Virus record (IMG/VR): IMGVR_UViG_3300010400_000004
Coordinates: 1-64,000 of that record
Reading direction: 5' to 3' (one strand)
Length of the DNA stretch: 64,000 nucleotides
DNA from: a virus
The notes under the pieces: generated by a model
Database searches by the model: none
What the model saw: the letters and a program-made list of their open reading frames with translations, nothing else
What the model was told of the DNA's origin: nothing
Shown: positions 45,630-53,750 of the stretch, one piece after another
Layout: every line of letters starts with the position of its first letter
How positions within the stretch are numbered: position 1 is the stretch's first letter
Position numbers and translations under genes: made by a program

Positions 45630-46634
45630 TCATAGAGCGAGGAATTCTGCGGTTGTTAGTAGTCGGTTAGTCGGGCATGGCAGAGAATCGTTCCAGATAC
45701 AGTGCAGCTTCGGACCGACTCGTTGTTTTGAGATTTGCTGTGTCAAATTGTTATCGAGACCACGAGCGAGTTTTTCACTCATGTCGGCGGTTTCCGGTGA
45801 GTCCGTCTTGAGACCAACAGAAGCAAGACGAAGCGCCCAGGTCTGCGGCGAACACGTTACATGAAAATGTTGCCAGCCATCGGCAATTAGCTTTTTGTAT
45901 TCGTTGTTGAATCGGCAGTTTGTGACCGCCATTTTTCCTTCAGTGACTTCGGAACGTCTGAGTAATCCATCGATCCACAAATCTCGATTCTTTCCATATT
46001 TAGACCACTCCACTCCACCAAAATCGATGAGCTTCTGAGCCGCGAGAGATCGCACCATCAAACAAAACATTGAGCGTTCTACGGTATAGGGATACTGTTC
46101 GTTGACTTCATCACGACCAAATTGCCCGATCTGCTGAAGCATCTTCCGGATTCCAGCAATATTTTTTCCGTCGTTTGCTGTAACCTTTACCCCGGTGAGG
46201 TATTCAACGAGGGCATACATCGGGTCAGCGAAGCCGAGAACTTTTGCGCCAATAGCATTAGCGAGATAGTCTTTGCCTACTCCGATCCGGCCAGTAAAGA
46301 AAATTTTCCCCCCAATCGATATTCCGTTTATTGATCCGAGTGGTGGGACTGAGGCGGTAGGACTTTGTTCGGATACTATCGATTGGGAGGGTGAAGACTG
46401 CGAAGTAAACACAGGATCGGTGGTGATGACCGAGGTGCCCCTTCGGTCAAAGACTTGTGCTATCTCCGCCCGAGCTTCAGGCGGAACTACTGCCCCGGTG
46501 ATCTCCGGATTATTGAGGAAACCAACCAGGCCGCGCAGTGCGGCAGCTTCAGTGCCGAGATTGAGTTTGTCGAGGGGCTTCTTCAGCTCACCCGGCTGCA
46601 TTAAATCTTTTGTGTCGGCAGAAAACTTATCCAT
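45630..46634 (-). CDS. Deoxynucleoside monophosphate kinase-like P-loop protein with N-terminal extension
   Basis: FTGRIGVGKD, FADP, R..LQ.IG..GR, W, VT.CRF.NE, SE. Confidence 0.8.
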   Translation of the reverse strand: MDKFSADTKDLMQPGELKKPLDKLNLGTEAAALRGLVGFLNNPEITGAVVPPEARAEIAQVFDRRGTSVITTDPVFTSQSSPSQSIVSEQSPTASVPPLGSINGISIGGKIFFTGRIGVGKDYLANAIGAKVLGFADPMYALVEYLTGVKVTANDGKNIAGIRKMLQQIGQFGRDEVNEQYPYTVERSMFCLMVRSLAAQKLIDFGGVEWSKYGKNRDLWIDGLLRRSEVTEGKMAVTNCRFNNEYKKLIADGWQHFHVTCSPQTWALRLASVGLKTDSPETADMSEKLARGLDNNLTQQISKQRVGPKLHCIWNDSLPCPTNRLLTTAEFLAL

Positions 46635-46839
46635 GTTTAAAAGGTGCCAGATTTTGCGTCGAGTCACAACTCTTTTCTATGGTGAAATCGGGGAGGTGTC
46701 CGTGCCGGTCAAAATACCAGACTAGCTGTTTAAACAGTGCTTCACGATCTTTCTTCGCCTCCGGACATGCGACCAAGGCGGCATCGAGCCGAGCGTCGAT
46801 GGTGTGTTTCAGCCAGCCGGGTAAAATAATGCAGCTCAT
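46627..46839 (-). CDS. Hypothetical protein
   Basis: Coupled ORF in the operon. Confidence 0.5.
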   Translation of the reverse strand: MSCIILPGWLKHTIDARLDAALVACPEAKKDREALFKQLVWYFDRHGHLPDFTIEKSCDSTQNLAPFKHG

Positions 46840-47150
46840 AACGATTTGGCCTTCGTAGCATCCAGAGCTTCGCGAATTACCTGCCTGTCGCCGTCACTTC
46901 CAGCAAAACATGGATTTCCATCAGGATCACAAAGCACCGAAAAAACCGCTTCTCTCAGCCGTGCCACATTAGCGCGAAGCTGATTGCGTTCCTCGATCAG
47001 AGCGAGACCAGCGTTTACCTGGGCAGTCTGGAATTTCTGCGGGGTGGAAATGTCTGTCCCGGCAATACTGAGACTACTATTCAAAGCGGCTAGTCTCCAG
47101 TCGAGAATCTCAGCTCGGAGTCCCATAACATACGTTTCTTCACTCGTCAT
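46836..47150 (-). CDS. Hypothetical protein
   Basis: ATGA-coupled on both sides. Confidence 0.55.
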   Translation of the reverse strand: MTSEETYVMGLRAEILDWRLAALNSSLSIAGTDISTPQKFQTAQVNAGLALIEERNQLRANVARLREAVFSVLCDPDGNPCFAGSDGDRQVIREALDATKAKSL

Positions 47151-47389
47151 AATTTCTCCATTCGAGCGATGAGCCGCCCGAGCCTCTCCGGAATTTCCCG
47201 GGCCGCTTCGCGTGTCTGCTCCATTCCGAGCTTCGTTCCTTGCAAAATGCCCGAGAGAACTTGCTCCCGGTGGCGGTAATTTTCACAGGCGGTGTGTGCC
47301 CATTCTTCGCAAGCGAGGCGAACAATTTCAGTCCACTCTGACATCGGTCGAGAGTCGAGTTGTTTAGCCGCTATTTCCCAAGGCTTCAT
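47147..47389 (-). CDS. Hypothetical protein
   Basis: Coupled ORF. Confidence 0.5.
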   Translation of the reverse strand: MKPWEIAAKQLDSRPMSEWTEIVRLACEEWAHTACENYRHREQVLSGILQGTKLGMEQTREAAREIPERLGRLIARMEKL

Positions 47390-47582
47390 AATGTTCTCGC
47401 AGTCCTTTTCTTAGTTTTCTCAGAGCGGATCGCTCCAGTAAATTTACGTTTTGCCGAGTAGTGTTGAGGATTTCCGCTACTTGGTCAGCGGTTCGAATTT
47501 CAAAATGATACATGGCATCCTTGGCCGGATAAACCCGCTTGCGCGGGTTATTCCGGATTCGAAAAACCTCGTCAGACTCCAT
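47364..47582 (-). CDS. Stand-alone sigma70 region-4-like HTH protein
   Basis: RT..QVAEIL..TRQNV..LE.SALRKLR. Confidence 0.75.
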   Translation of the reverse strand: MESDEVFRIRNNPRKRVYPAKDAMYHFEIRTADQVAEILNTTRQNVNLLERSALRKLRKGLREHYEALGNSG

Positions 47583-47808
47583 AATGAACGGCGGGTTGAA
47601 TTTTCACCTGGGAAGCACGAACAGTGGATAACCATTCGAGTTGCTCTATCGGACGATGAGTCACCGTGGAGCAAGTCGATCCATCCGGCCACTGCCAGAT
47701 AACCCGGCACAAAGTTTTTTCACGCAGAAAACGGATAATCTGAAAATCGAGCTTCACGTTTCGGCGGAATATTGCGGGACTAGGAGGTCTTCCGATTGGC
47801 TTTTTCAT
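47572..47808 (-). CDS. Hypothetical protein
   Basis: Overlapping ORF in the early operon. Confidence 0.45.
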   Translation of the reverse strand: MKKPIGRPPSPAIFRRNVKLDFQIIRFLREKTLCRVIWQWPDGSTCSTVTHRPIEQLEWLSTVRASQVKIQPAVHYGV

Positions 47809-48187
47809 TTCGATGATTTATTTCGGTTTCGATTGCGTTGGCCTGGGCGATAAGCGGAACGACGACGGTGATGATGAAATCTTGTCGCAAGCTCTCGATC
47901 GCGAAGGTGGGAATGATCCGGTTAACTCCCCGGATTCGTTTCTCCGCCCGGAGCTTCGCCCGCTTCAGGCGGTCGATCGGCAGCCGAGACATCCGACTGG
48001 CGAGTTTCGTTTCGAGTGTCTTCGGCGTCTGTGTCGAGGTGTAATAAGTCCACCGTGCCCGATGGCAGGTCCGACGAAAAGTTCCCGTGATCCGTTTCTG
48101 ACCCAGTAATATTTCCGTCGCTGTTTCCCGTGGCATGTGATCCATGTCCAAGTTTTGTTTTATCATAGCAATATCCGCGTGTTTCAA
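47780..48187 (-). CDS. Hypothetical basic protein
   Basis: 135-aa ORF in the operon. Confidence 0.5.
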   Translation of the reverse strand: MKHADIAMIKQNLDMDHMPRETATEILLGQKRITGTFRRTCHRARWTYYTSTQTPKTLETKLASRMSRLPIDRLKRAKLRAEKRIRGVNRIIPTFAIESLRQDFIITVVVPLIAQANAIETEINHRNEKANRKTS

Positions 48188-48403
48188 GTTCAGGTGTTCG
48201 TGGTAGAATTCTTCCGCACCGGCATACGAAGTTGTTCGGGTCTGCCTGCAACTTCAGCCAGAGCGGTTCTCCGATTTTCAGCGGTTCGAGTCCATTGACG
48301 TGTCGTTTTGGGCGAGGCATATTTGAATTGCTTTCCAGCTCTCAGGAGAAATTCAATTTCTGATTCGCTGGGGGCTTCGTTGATTAGTTGTCTGAGGCCA
48401 ATG

Positions 48404-48625
48404 TTACGCATTGACGATGACTCCTTCGTAAGCGTTGACGATCGAGGCCGCTTCGTCCGGAGTGAGGCTGTCACCAGCTCCGAATTTTTTCGCCGTTCCG
48501 AAGTCGATAGTCAGCGAACCGACAATACGCATGACTTTGTAAGATTCCTGAACGTTGCTGAGTTTCTTGGTGAAGTCGTCGGGATTCGACCGAAGCAATG
48601 TGATTTTGATTTGTTTGTTTCTCAT
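48404..48625 (-). CDS. Hypothetical protein
   Basis: ATG after an A/C-rich leader. Confidence 0.5.
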   Translation of the reverse strand: MRNKQIKITLLRSNPDDFTKKLSNVQESYKVMRIVGSLTIDFGTAKKFGAGDSLTPDEAASIVNAYEGVIVNA

Positions 48626-48849
48626 GTTTGGTTTTGTTTTTGTTCGTTTACAAATTTCCTATACCGGGCGCGATAAGAAAAATCATCTGCGCCGTTCTCG
48701 ACATACCGATGACAATTCGGACATCGACAATACCGGGCTACACCAAAAAGTTTCATCTCTGTTGCGTGGCTCTCACCTCTACCGATTAGTTGCAGGCACA
48801 CGCTGCATTCGAGTGCCTGGATTTGTAACTGTTGAAAGGTGAGTCGCAC
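48622..48849 (-). CDS. Hypothetical zinc-finger protein
   Basis: CSVC...CPNC. Confidence 0.45.
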   Translation of the reverse strand: MRLTFQQLQIQALECSVCLQLIGRGESHATEMKLFGVARYCRCPNCHRYVENGADDFSYRARYRKFVNEQKQNQT

Positions 48850-48960
48850 AACTTCAATATTTGGTTGTGTCGTCGGGCATCGTGCAAATCCCCACCGATA
48901 TGATAACCGAGACCACGATTATCCAGAACAGGCGGAAGATTTCGAGTTCGATATTCATAT

Positions 48961-49329
48961 TCAAAATGTCCAGTCGTCGCCGGAAATTGTCGGCATGCGA
49001 TTGGCCGAGGTAACGTTGGCGGAAAAGTTCCACCAGTCTTCGATGGCACGTTTGGCGACGGCAAGCCTGGTGAAATATCGCTGGCTATCGGGATTGAGGG
49101 GGTCGTAATTTGGATTTTCGAAAAATTCCCGGAACTGTTTGATGGCGGCGATTTTATTCTCAGGCCGAATGTTCCCCAAGGTGGTGACGAACGGTGCCAT
49201 TGCCTCGAAAAACCTCGCAACCTCCGGATCGAGGGTCGGTGTTCGGATTACGTCCAGTTCGAAATTCTGAAGGCCGAGCTTTGCGGCGACGATGGCGTGG
49301 ACTTCGGCGAGTGTGAGTGTGATTTTCAT
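48961..49329 (-). CDS. Protein with ribosomal bL12 (L7/L12) C-terminal-domain-like motif
   Basis: NKIAAIKQFRE...RLAVAKRAIE versus the bL12 KI.VIK.VRE...L.EAK..VE pattern; start at the ATGA overlap. Confidence 0.55.
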   Translation of the reverse strand: MKITLTLAEVHAIVAAKLGLQNFELDVIRTPTLDPEVARFFEAMAPFVTTLGNIRPENKIAAIKQFREFFENPNYDPLNPDSQRYFTRLAVAKRAIEDWWNFSANVTSANRMPTISGDDWTF

Positions 49330-49550
49330 TGGCGAGCCTTTCGAACACTGACGAGGTTTTCCGCCGTGGCCACTCCAGGCGTGCCGAAACGACCGCCCAT
49401 ATTCAGGGCGACGTAGCCGGGTGAAATGATTCGTGCAGTGCCCGTCTTCGGCTTGTATTCGACTCCAGAGCGACCGATGCCAGCGGGGACGAGGATTGTG
49501 ACACGATCGCCTGGGCGAATCGTCTGAAGCAATTCTGCGGCGTTTCTCAC
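49326..49550 (-). CDS. Hypothetical early protein
   Basis: GTG start after GGAGGTG SD, GTGA overlap. Confidence 0.55.
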   Translation of the reverse strand: MRNAAELLQTIRPGDRVTILVPAGIGRSGVEYKPKTGTARIISPGYVALNMGGRFGTPGVATAENLVSVRKARQ

Positions 49551-49807
49551 TTGGCACCTCCGAAAGAAAACCGAGTTGCGCTTCCGTCGATGCCCGTCCA
49601 ATTCTGTTGTCGGCACCAGACGAAAAGGTCTCCCACGTTATCGAAAACCGGACTGACCCGACTGTCATAGTTCAGGTGGGAATTGCCCACGAACAGAAAA
49701 GACCCGAGCTTGCGAGTGTTCGCGCAGCGGCATTGAACCGCTACCTGGGCGGTTGTGCCTGGGCGATGAACCTTGCGGGGCGTTTGATCGATGATGAAGC
49801 CATTCAC
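49547..49807 (-). CDS. Hypothetical early protein
   Basis: GTGA-coupled. Confidence 0.5.
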   Translation of the reverse strand: MNGFIIDQTPRKVHRPGTTAQVAVQCRCANTRKLGSFLFVGNSHLNYDSRVSPVFDNVGDLFVWCRQQNWTGIDGSATRFSFGGAK

Positions 49808-49998
49808 TTGGCACCCCCGTTGACGCCGCAGGCGGCGAGAAAAATGTTGCGGTTGAATCGCGGATTGGCGTCCGCGAAGGTCGCCGCCAGGGAAAACGCA
49901 GTCATGCGGATTGCGTTCTGTCCCTCAGGGGAGGACTGATTCGAGTTGAATGCTGTTTTGATCGCTGCCGCCACTGCTACGAAGTCTTTTATGCTCAT
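49804..49998 (-). CDS. Hypothetical early protein
   Basis: KDF.AVA..I...LA..FA..NPRFN...FL.ACG pattern of a common small phage protein. Confidence 0.65.
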   Translation of the reverse strand: MSIKDFVAVAAAIKTAFNSNQSSPEGQNAIRMTAFSLAATFADANPRFNRNIFLAACGVNGGAK

Positions 49999-50017
49999 AA
50001 TTTTTTTTTGTTTTGTT

Positions 50018-50037
50018 GTCCGCCTTTATTGGCTGAC
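50018..50037 (-). repeat. 20-bp leader repeat copy 2
   Basis: Identical to 42645-42664. Confidence 0.85.
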
Positions 50038-50044
50038 TGGTGTT

Positions 50045-50072
50045 AATGTATCAGAGTCCGAGGGATTGTCAA
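50045..50072 (-). promoter_or_regulatory. Promoter TTGACA-N16-TACATT (extended TGn)
   Basis: Exact -35, TGa before the -10. Confidence 0.72.
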
Positions 50073-50075
50073 ATT

Positions 50076-50312
50076 TTACCAACAGGTCTGAATCTCGTAA
50101 ATCTCATCGGCGCAGCTTTGGGCGGCATTCAGATTCGTGCAGACCGCCGTGTAGAATTCGCCGCTACCCTCTTGATCGTGAGATTCAAGCTTGTTGGCGT
50201 CGATTATCATACGTCCCGCCCCATTACTGTCGTTCCACGAGGCAACCCAGGAGGCGATTGCCGAAACCGCTTTTTCGTATCCGATTACTGTTTCGAGGAC
50301 TCTGTTTTTCAT
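50076..50312 (-). CDS. Hypothetical early protein
   Basis: ORF after promoter 50351-50378. Confidence 0.5.
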   Translation of the reverse strand: MKNRVLETVIGYEKAVSAIASWVASWNDSNGAGRMIIDANKLESHDQEGSGEFYTAVCTNLNAAQSCADEIYEIQTCW

Positions 50313-50350
50313 TTTCTTTCATCCGGTCTTTGTTCTTCGACCGTGGATAC

Positions 50351-50378
50351 ACAATACTCCATATCAGAGGCAGCGCAA
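50351..50378 (-). promoter_or_regulatory. Promoter TTGCGC-N16-TATTGT with upstream A-tracts
   Basis: Same -10 and spacing as other promoters; UP-like A runs. Confidence 0.6.
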
Positions 50379-50386
50379 CTATTTTT

Positions 50387-50755
50387 TCAACTTTTTTTCG
50401 GGCCTTCGCAAGTGGTTGATACCAAGCCAAGTGTGACGCCAGCTAAGGCTGAATCAGGTAGTTTTGCACGCTTTCTTTCAAGTGAATCAATACGTTGCAG
50501 ATGAGCCAGCTTGTTTTGCAAGTCTTCGTTGACCTGTTCGAGATGAACACAACGGCGAAAAACCTCAACGCGCTCCGTCCAGGCTTCGTTTCGTTGTTCG
50601 GCGCAAATGATTTTGTATTTGCGCTCGGTCTCTGCATCCGTCCGGGCATTATCTATTTCTTCCCGGGCAATCAAAAGCTCGACCTTCAGTCGATCGATTT
50701 CGTCGAGGGCGTCACCTGACATGAAATTAAGGAACCAACGATATATTTTTTTCAT
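50387..50755 (-). CDS. Hypothetical coiled-coil protein
   Basis: Heptad pattern, 122 aa. Confidence 0.55.
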   Translation of the reverse strand: MKKIYRWFLNFMSGDALDEIDRLKVELLIAREEIDNARTDAETERKYKIICAEQRNEAWTERVEVFRRCVHLEQVNEDLQNKLAHLQRIDSLERKRAKLPDSALAGVTLGLVSTTCEGPKKS

Positions 50756-50927
50756 TTGATTGTTACACTCGCTTCATCATCGATGAGTAGCGCCCTGATT
50801 GCGTCAACAAGGTCTTCGACTCCTTGATAAACGAAAATTTCCTCATTAGACGGCAGCGTATTGTAATGAGGCTGGAAAGGACTGACGATCCATCCGTTGT
50901 TTACACGCCGCACTTCGAAATGTTTTT

Positions 50928-51146
50928 TCATGGTTGTGAAGTTTCGAGATTGTTGAGCGCAAGAATGAGCGAGTCAGCGAGAGTCACCGCTTTTGTTGCG
51001 ATTGTGTATGCTCCGGATTGGTGATCTTGTGCCGCTGACAAAAGTCCTTGCAGCGCGTGGATCGCGAAAAGTTCGCGCTTCGTCAGTCCAGTTCCAGGCG
51101 CATCATCGATGCCCGCGACAGTGTTTTCGTTCGGATTTGTTTTCAT
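50928..51146 (-). CDS. Conserved small phage protein
   Basis: GLTKRELFA..ALQGLL...A..AV.LAD.LI..L. Confidence 0.7.
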   Translation of the reverse strand: MKTNPNENTVAGIDDAPGTGLTKRELFAIHALQGLLSAAQDHQSGAYTIATKAVTLADSLILALNNLETSQP

Positions 51147-51437
51147 ACAAGCATTCCGAGACAATCATATTCAGTTAACCGAACACCGCAACGAATCAAC
51201 TCCACGATTTGCGCTTCTGTGACGACTGCGGCAAGTTCTGAGAGATCGATGCTGAGAAAAAAACTCATCATGTTCTGCGGCGGAGATAATGTCTTCTTTC
51301 CCAGGCACAATTTCGTTGAGCAAAAGAAAAGCGTGCAAGTCAGCACGTTTTGACTTTTTATTTGCGACACCAGCGAAGTTCAAAAATTCTTCGTCCTCGT
51401 GATGATTCCACAGTTCTTTCATTTTTTCTATATTCAC
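51143..51437 (-). pseudogene. Hypothetical phage gene split by a frameshift in a T7 run (51257-51263)
   Basis: ...SAAEHDEFF continues as LSIDLSELAAV... only if one T is removed; the second half ends in an ATGA overlap with the next gene. Confidence 0.6.
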
Positions 51438-51597
51438 TTGTAAACCTTTCGTGTCCGAGGGCCGCGAGTGATCGCGCCGGGTATGAATCCACGCCAGCGG
51501 ATTTCCGCATACTTCTCCCGCCATTTCGTTGATCGCTCCGCGCTACCTTTGCCAGCACCGGGCAATCCGATGTCCCGAGCATTACTCTTTGCCATAG

Positions 51598-51942
51598 TTA
51601 TTTCAATCGTGCCTCGATATGGGCGTTGATGCCATTTGAGCGACGAAGCAGACCAGCTACGCCGTTCATCAGCGGTTCGTATTCATCTTTGCAGGCGAGC
51701 CAGCTTCCGATGAATTCAGAGGCGTGTGCGCGAAGAGTGGCGCTAAGAAAAATCTCCGCCGTTTGAGTCTCGGTATCGCGTTCTTTGCTGACGAGTTTTT
51801 TGTTGGAATTCTCAGCGATAGTTGCGAGTGCCCGGGCAAGCTCGATGACCGTTTGGCGGTTAAGTGACGGGTGGATTTGGTGGATGGTTTTTTCTTCTGT
51901 AGTTGTGCTCATCATGTTGTCTCCGCGTTTGTTTGTTACCAT
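51598..51942 (-). CDS. Hypothetical protein
   Basis: 114-aa ORF, start uncertain. Confidence 0.55.
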   Translation of the reverse strand: MVTNKRGDNMMSTTTEEKTIHQIHPSLNRQTVIELARALATIAENSNKKLVSKERDTETQTAEIFLSATLRAHASEFIGSWLACKDEYEPLMNGVAGLLRRSNGINAHIEARLK

Positions 51943-52586
51943 ATTGTGTTGGGTGTTTTTGGTGGTTCAGGATCAGGGACAGAAACTCCAGTAAGGATAA
52001 TTGAACAGGTGTTTTCGGGCGTGATTACTTCGTTGTATGGAAGACGAACACCTGGGACTTCAGTCGTATAAATTGGAGCAGTTTGTTTCGATTCGAGGTT
52101 CGCGATACGCGATTCGAGGTTCGCGACGATTTTCTCCAGCTCAACCACACGAGAATTGAAAGGCTTGCCAATTCGCTTCAGTTTGAGTTTCGGTTTCTCG
52201 TCCTGGGTATGGAGGAGGTCGTCCATTTGAAAACTCGTCTCCAATTGGGCGAGGATGAAATTGGCAAGTGTTCCGCCTGATTCTTCCTCGTTCATCGTGT
52301 CGATCTTCGCCTGAGTTTCGCTGAAATTAAAACGCTTCGGACCTTTGCGGTATTTAGCGAAACGAAAAGTGGCCATGTCAGCAAAGCGAGCTGCGGTTAC
52401 TCGATCGTTGAAATAGCCGAGGGTGTGCTGAGTGCCTGAGATGCTCATTTGCACCACGAATCCGGGCGTGAATGGATAGACATAATACCCGGGCAGCGGA
52501 TCGGGCACCTCGAACGGCTGGTCGTCGAAAAGTATGTCCCGAGTTTTACGGATGATTTCTTTTGTGGCGTCGTCTAGTTTTTTCAT
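51936..52586 (-). CDS. AP2-like DNA-binding domain protein with coiled coil
   Basis: LGYF.....AARFAD.A...F......FNF; LEKIVANLESRIANLES. Confidence 0.55.
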   Translation of the reverse strand: MKKLDDATKEIIRKTRDILFDDQPFEVPDPLPGYYVYPFTPGFVVQMSISGTQHTLGYFNDRVTAARFADMATFRFAKYRKGPKRFNFSETQAKIDTMNEEESGGTLANFILAQLETSFQMDDLLHTQDEKPKLKLKRIGKPFNSRVVELEKIVANLESRIANLESKQTAPIYTTEVPGVRLPYNEVITPENTCSIILTGVSVPDPEPPKTPNTIW

Positions 52587-53026
52587 TTGAATTCGGGCAT
52601 GACTGAAAGGTCCAGATCATCGTCAAGACTAACCCAACCCCAAGAGACCTTCAATCGATTTTGTCTCTTTTTTCTTTGTTTCTTTTTTTCGGGCTGATGA
52701 TTGAGGTTCAAAAGATCACAATAATTACCCCAGAACAAAATCCACTTTTTCTCAGCGGCGTTTAAATCGCTCAACGGGTATCTCCCAAGTATTCTCATTG
52801 ATACTTCGCTTCCGGAGCTTTCCACTTCTTTAACCCATCTGAACACTCGATATTTCCTGTTTTGTGAAAAATGCTGATAGAGCCTAATTACAGGAGAGAT
52901 CGAAGTTTGACCAACATACCTCAATTGCAAAGGGAAATATTGATCGAACAATCCATAGACTACCCCAACCCCGGGAGGGAGAGCCGTCGCCCGAACATCT
53001 GTTTGAGTATCACAAAAACTGTTCAC
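52583..53026 (-). CDS. GIY-YIG nuclease
   Basis: GVVYGL......RYVGQT...RL.QH...AE..WI...LLN. Confidence 0.8.
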   Translation of the reverse strand: MNSFCDTQTDVRATALPPGVGVVYGLFDQYFPLQLRYVGQTSISPVIRLYQHFSQNRKYRVFRWVKEVESSGSEVSMRILGRYPLSDLNAAEKKWILFWGNYCDLLNLNHQPEKKKQRKKRQNRLKVSWGWVSLDDDLDLSVMPEFK

Positions 53027-53032
53027 AGGAGA

Positions 53033-53061
53033 ACCGTATCAAAAACAACCAGATCGCACAA
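53033..53061 (-). promoter_or_regulatory. Promoter TTGTGC-N17-TACGGT, leaderless to GTG 53026
   Basis: Extended TGn; start codon 6 nt after the -10. Confidence 0.45.
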
Positions 53062-53115
53062 CTTCTGTTTTGCGGAAAGAAAAGTGTCCTAAACAGGACA
53101 GTTTTCGGAACCATT

Positions 53116-53274
53116 GGTAACTTCTACCGGGGACCTCGGTAGGTAGGGACAATCGCTCCTACATATATTCTTCCCAATTTAATCTAAAAGTAGTAGTAGT
53201 AGTAGTAAGGGCGCGGGTCGTCCCCAAAAAGGACCGATTCTCCCTACCTACCAATATCCCCAGGCAAAGTTACC
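53116..53274. repeat. Long imperfect inverted repeat enclosing an AT-rich segment and (AGT)6; candidate replication origin
   Basis: GGTAACTT/AAGTTACC, GGGGA/TCCCC, GGTAGGTAGGGA/TCCCTACCTACC and AATCG/CGATT arms at the divergent strand switch. Confidence 0.7.
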
Positions 53275-53453
53275 CCGGGTCACTTTTCTGCCCTCAACCG
53301 GGCAGGACTAACTTTTCATGGCGACTTTTCGTCGCGCCGGTCACTTTCAAGTGTGAAGAGAGACGAGGACGAACTTTTCGATCGGGCCAGCCCCGACATC
53401 AAACGTTTAAACCGCCAAGCTCGAAAAGAGCGGCGACTCAAGAAAAGGGAACA

Positions 53454-53750
53454 ATGGAAACGAGACCGTTTGTTGAAGAATACCTCTATTTTGCAGGCGG
53501 AAGAACCATAGCAGGCAAAGAAGGCCGACCGAGTGACGATCGCGAATACGCCCGACAAGTTGCTGACGTAATCGAATTTGATCTGCCCTGGCCGAACACT
53601 GACGGCAATCGACCGCGTGAGTTGCTCGATCAGGACAGATTGAAAGCCGGTCAGAAGTGGGCGAAGACCGGAGACGTGGTGAATTGTTTTCCACCAGCGA
53701 GGGAGATCGTCCACTACCCGATTGCAGAGTTGAATCATGGAACCGATTAG
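53454..53750 (+). CDS. Hypothetical protein
   Basis: 98-aa ORF overlapping the next start. Confidence 0.45.
   Translation: METRPFVEEYLYFAGGRTIAGKEGRPSDDREYARQVADVIEFDLPWPNTDGNRPRELLDQDRLKAGQKWAKTGDVVNCFPPAREIVHYPIAELNHGTD

Noticed and set aside
52089-52126. 17-bp direct repeat with 21-bp period
   Set aside because: Encodes a duplicated coiled-coil heptad (ANLESRI); two copies only, not a CRISPR array.
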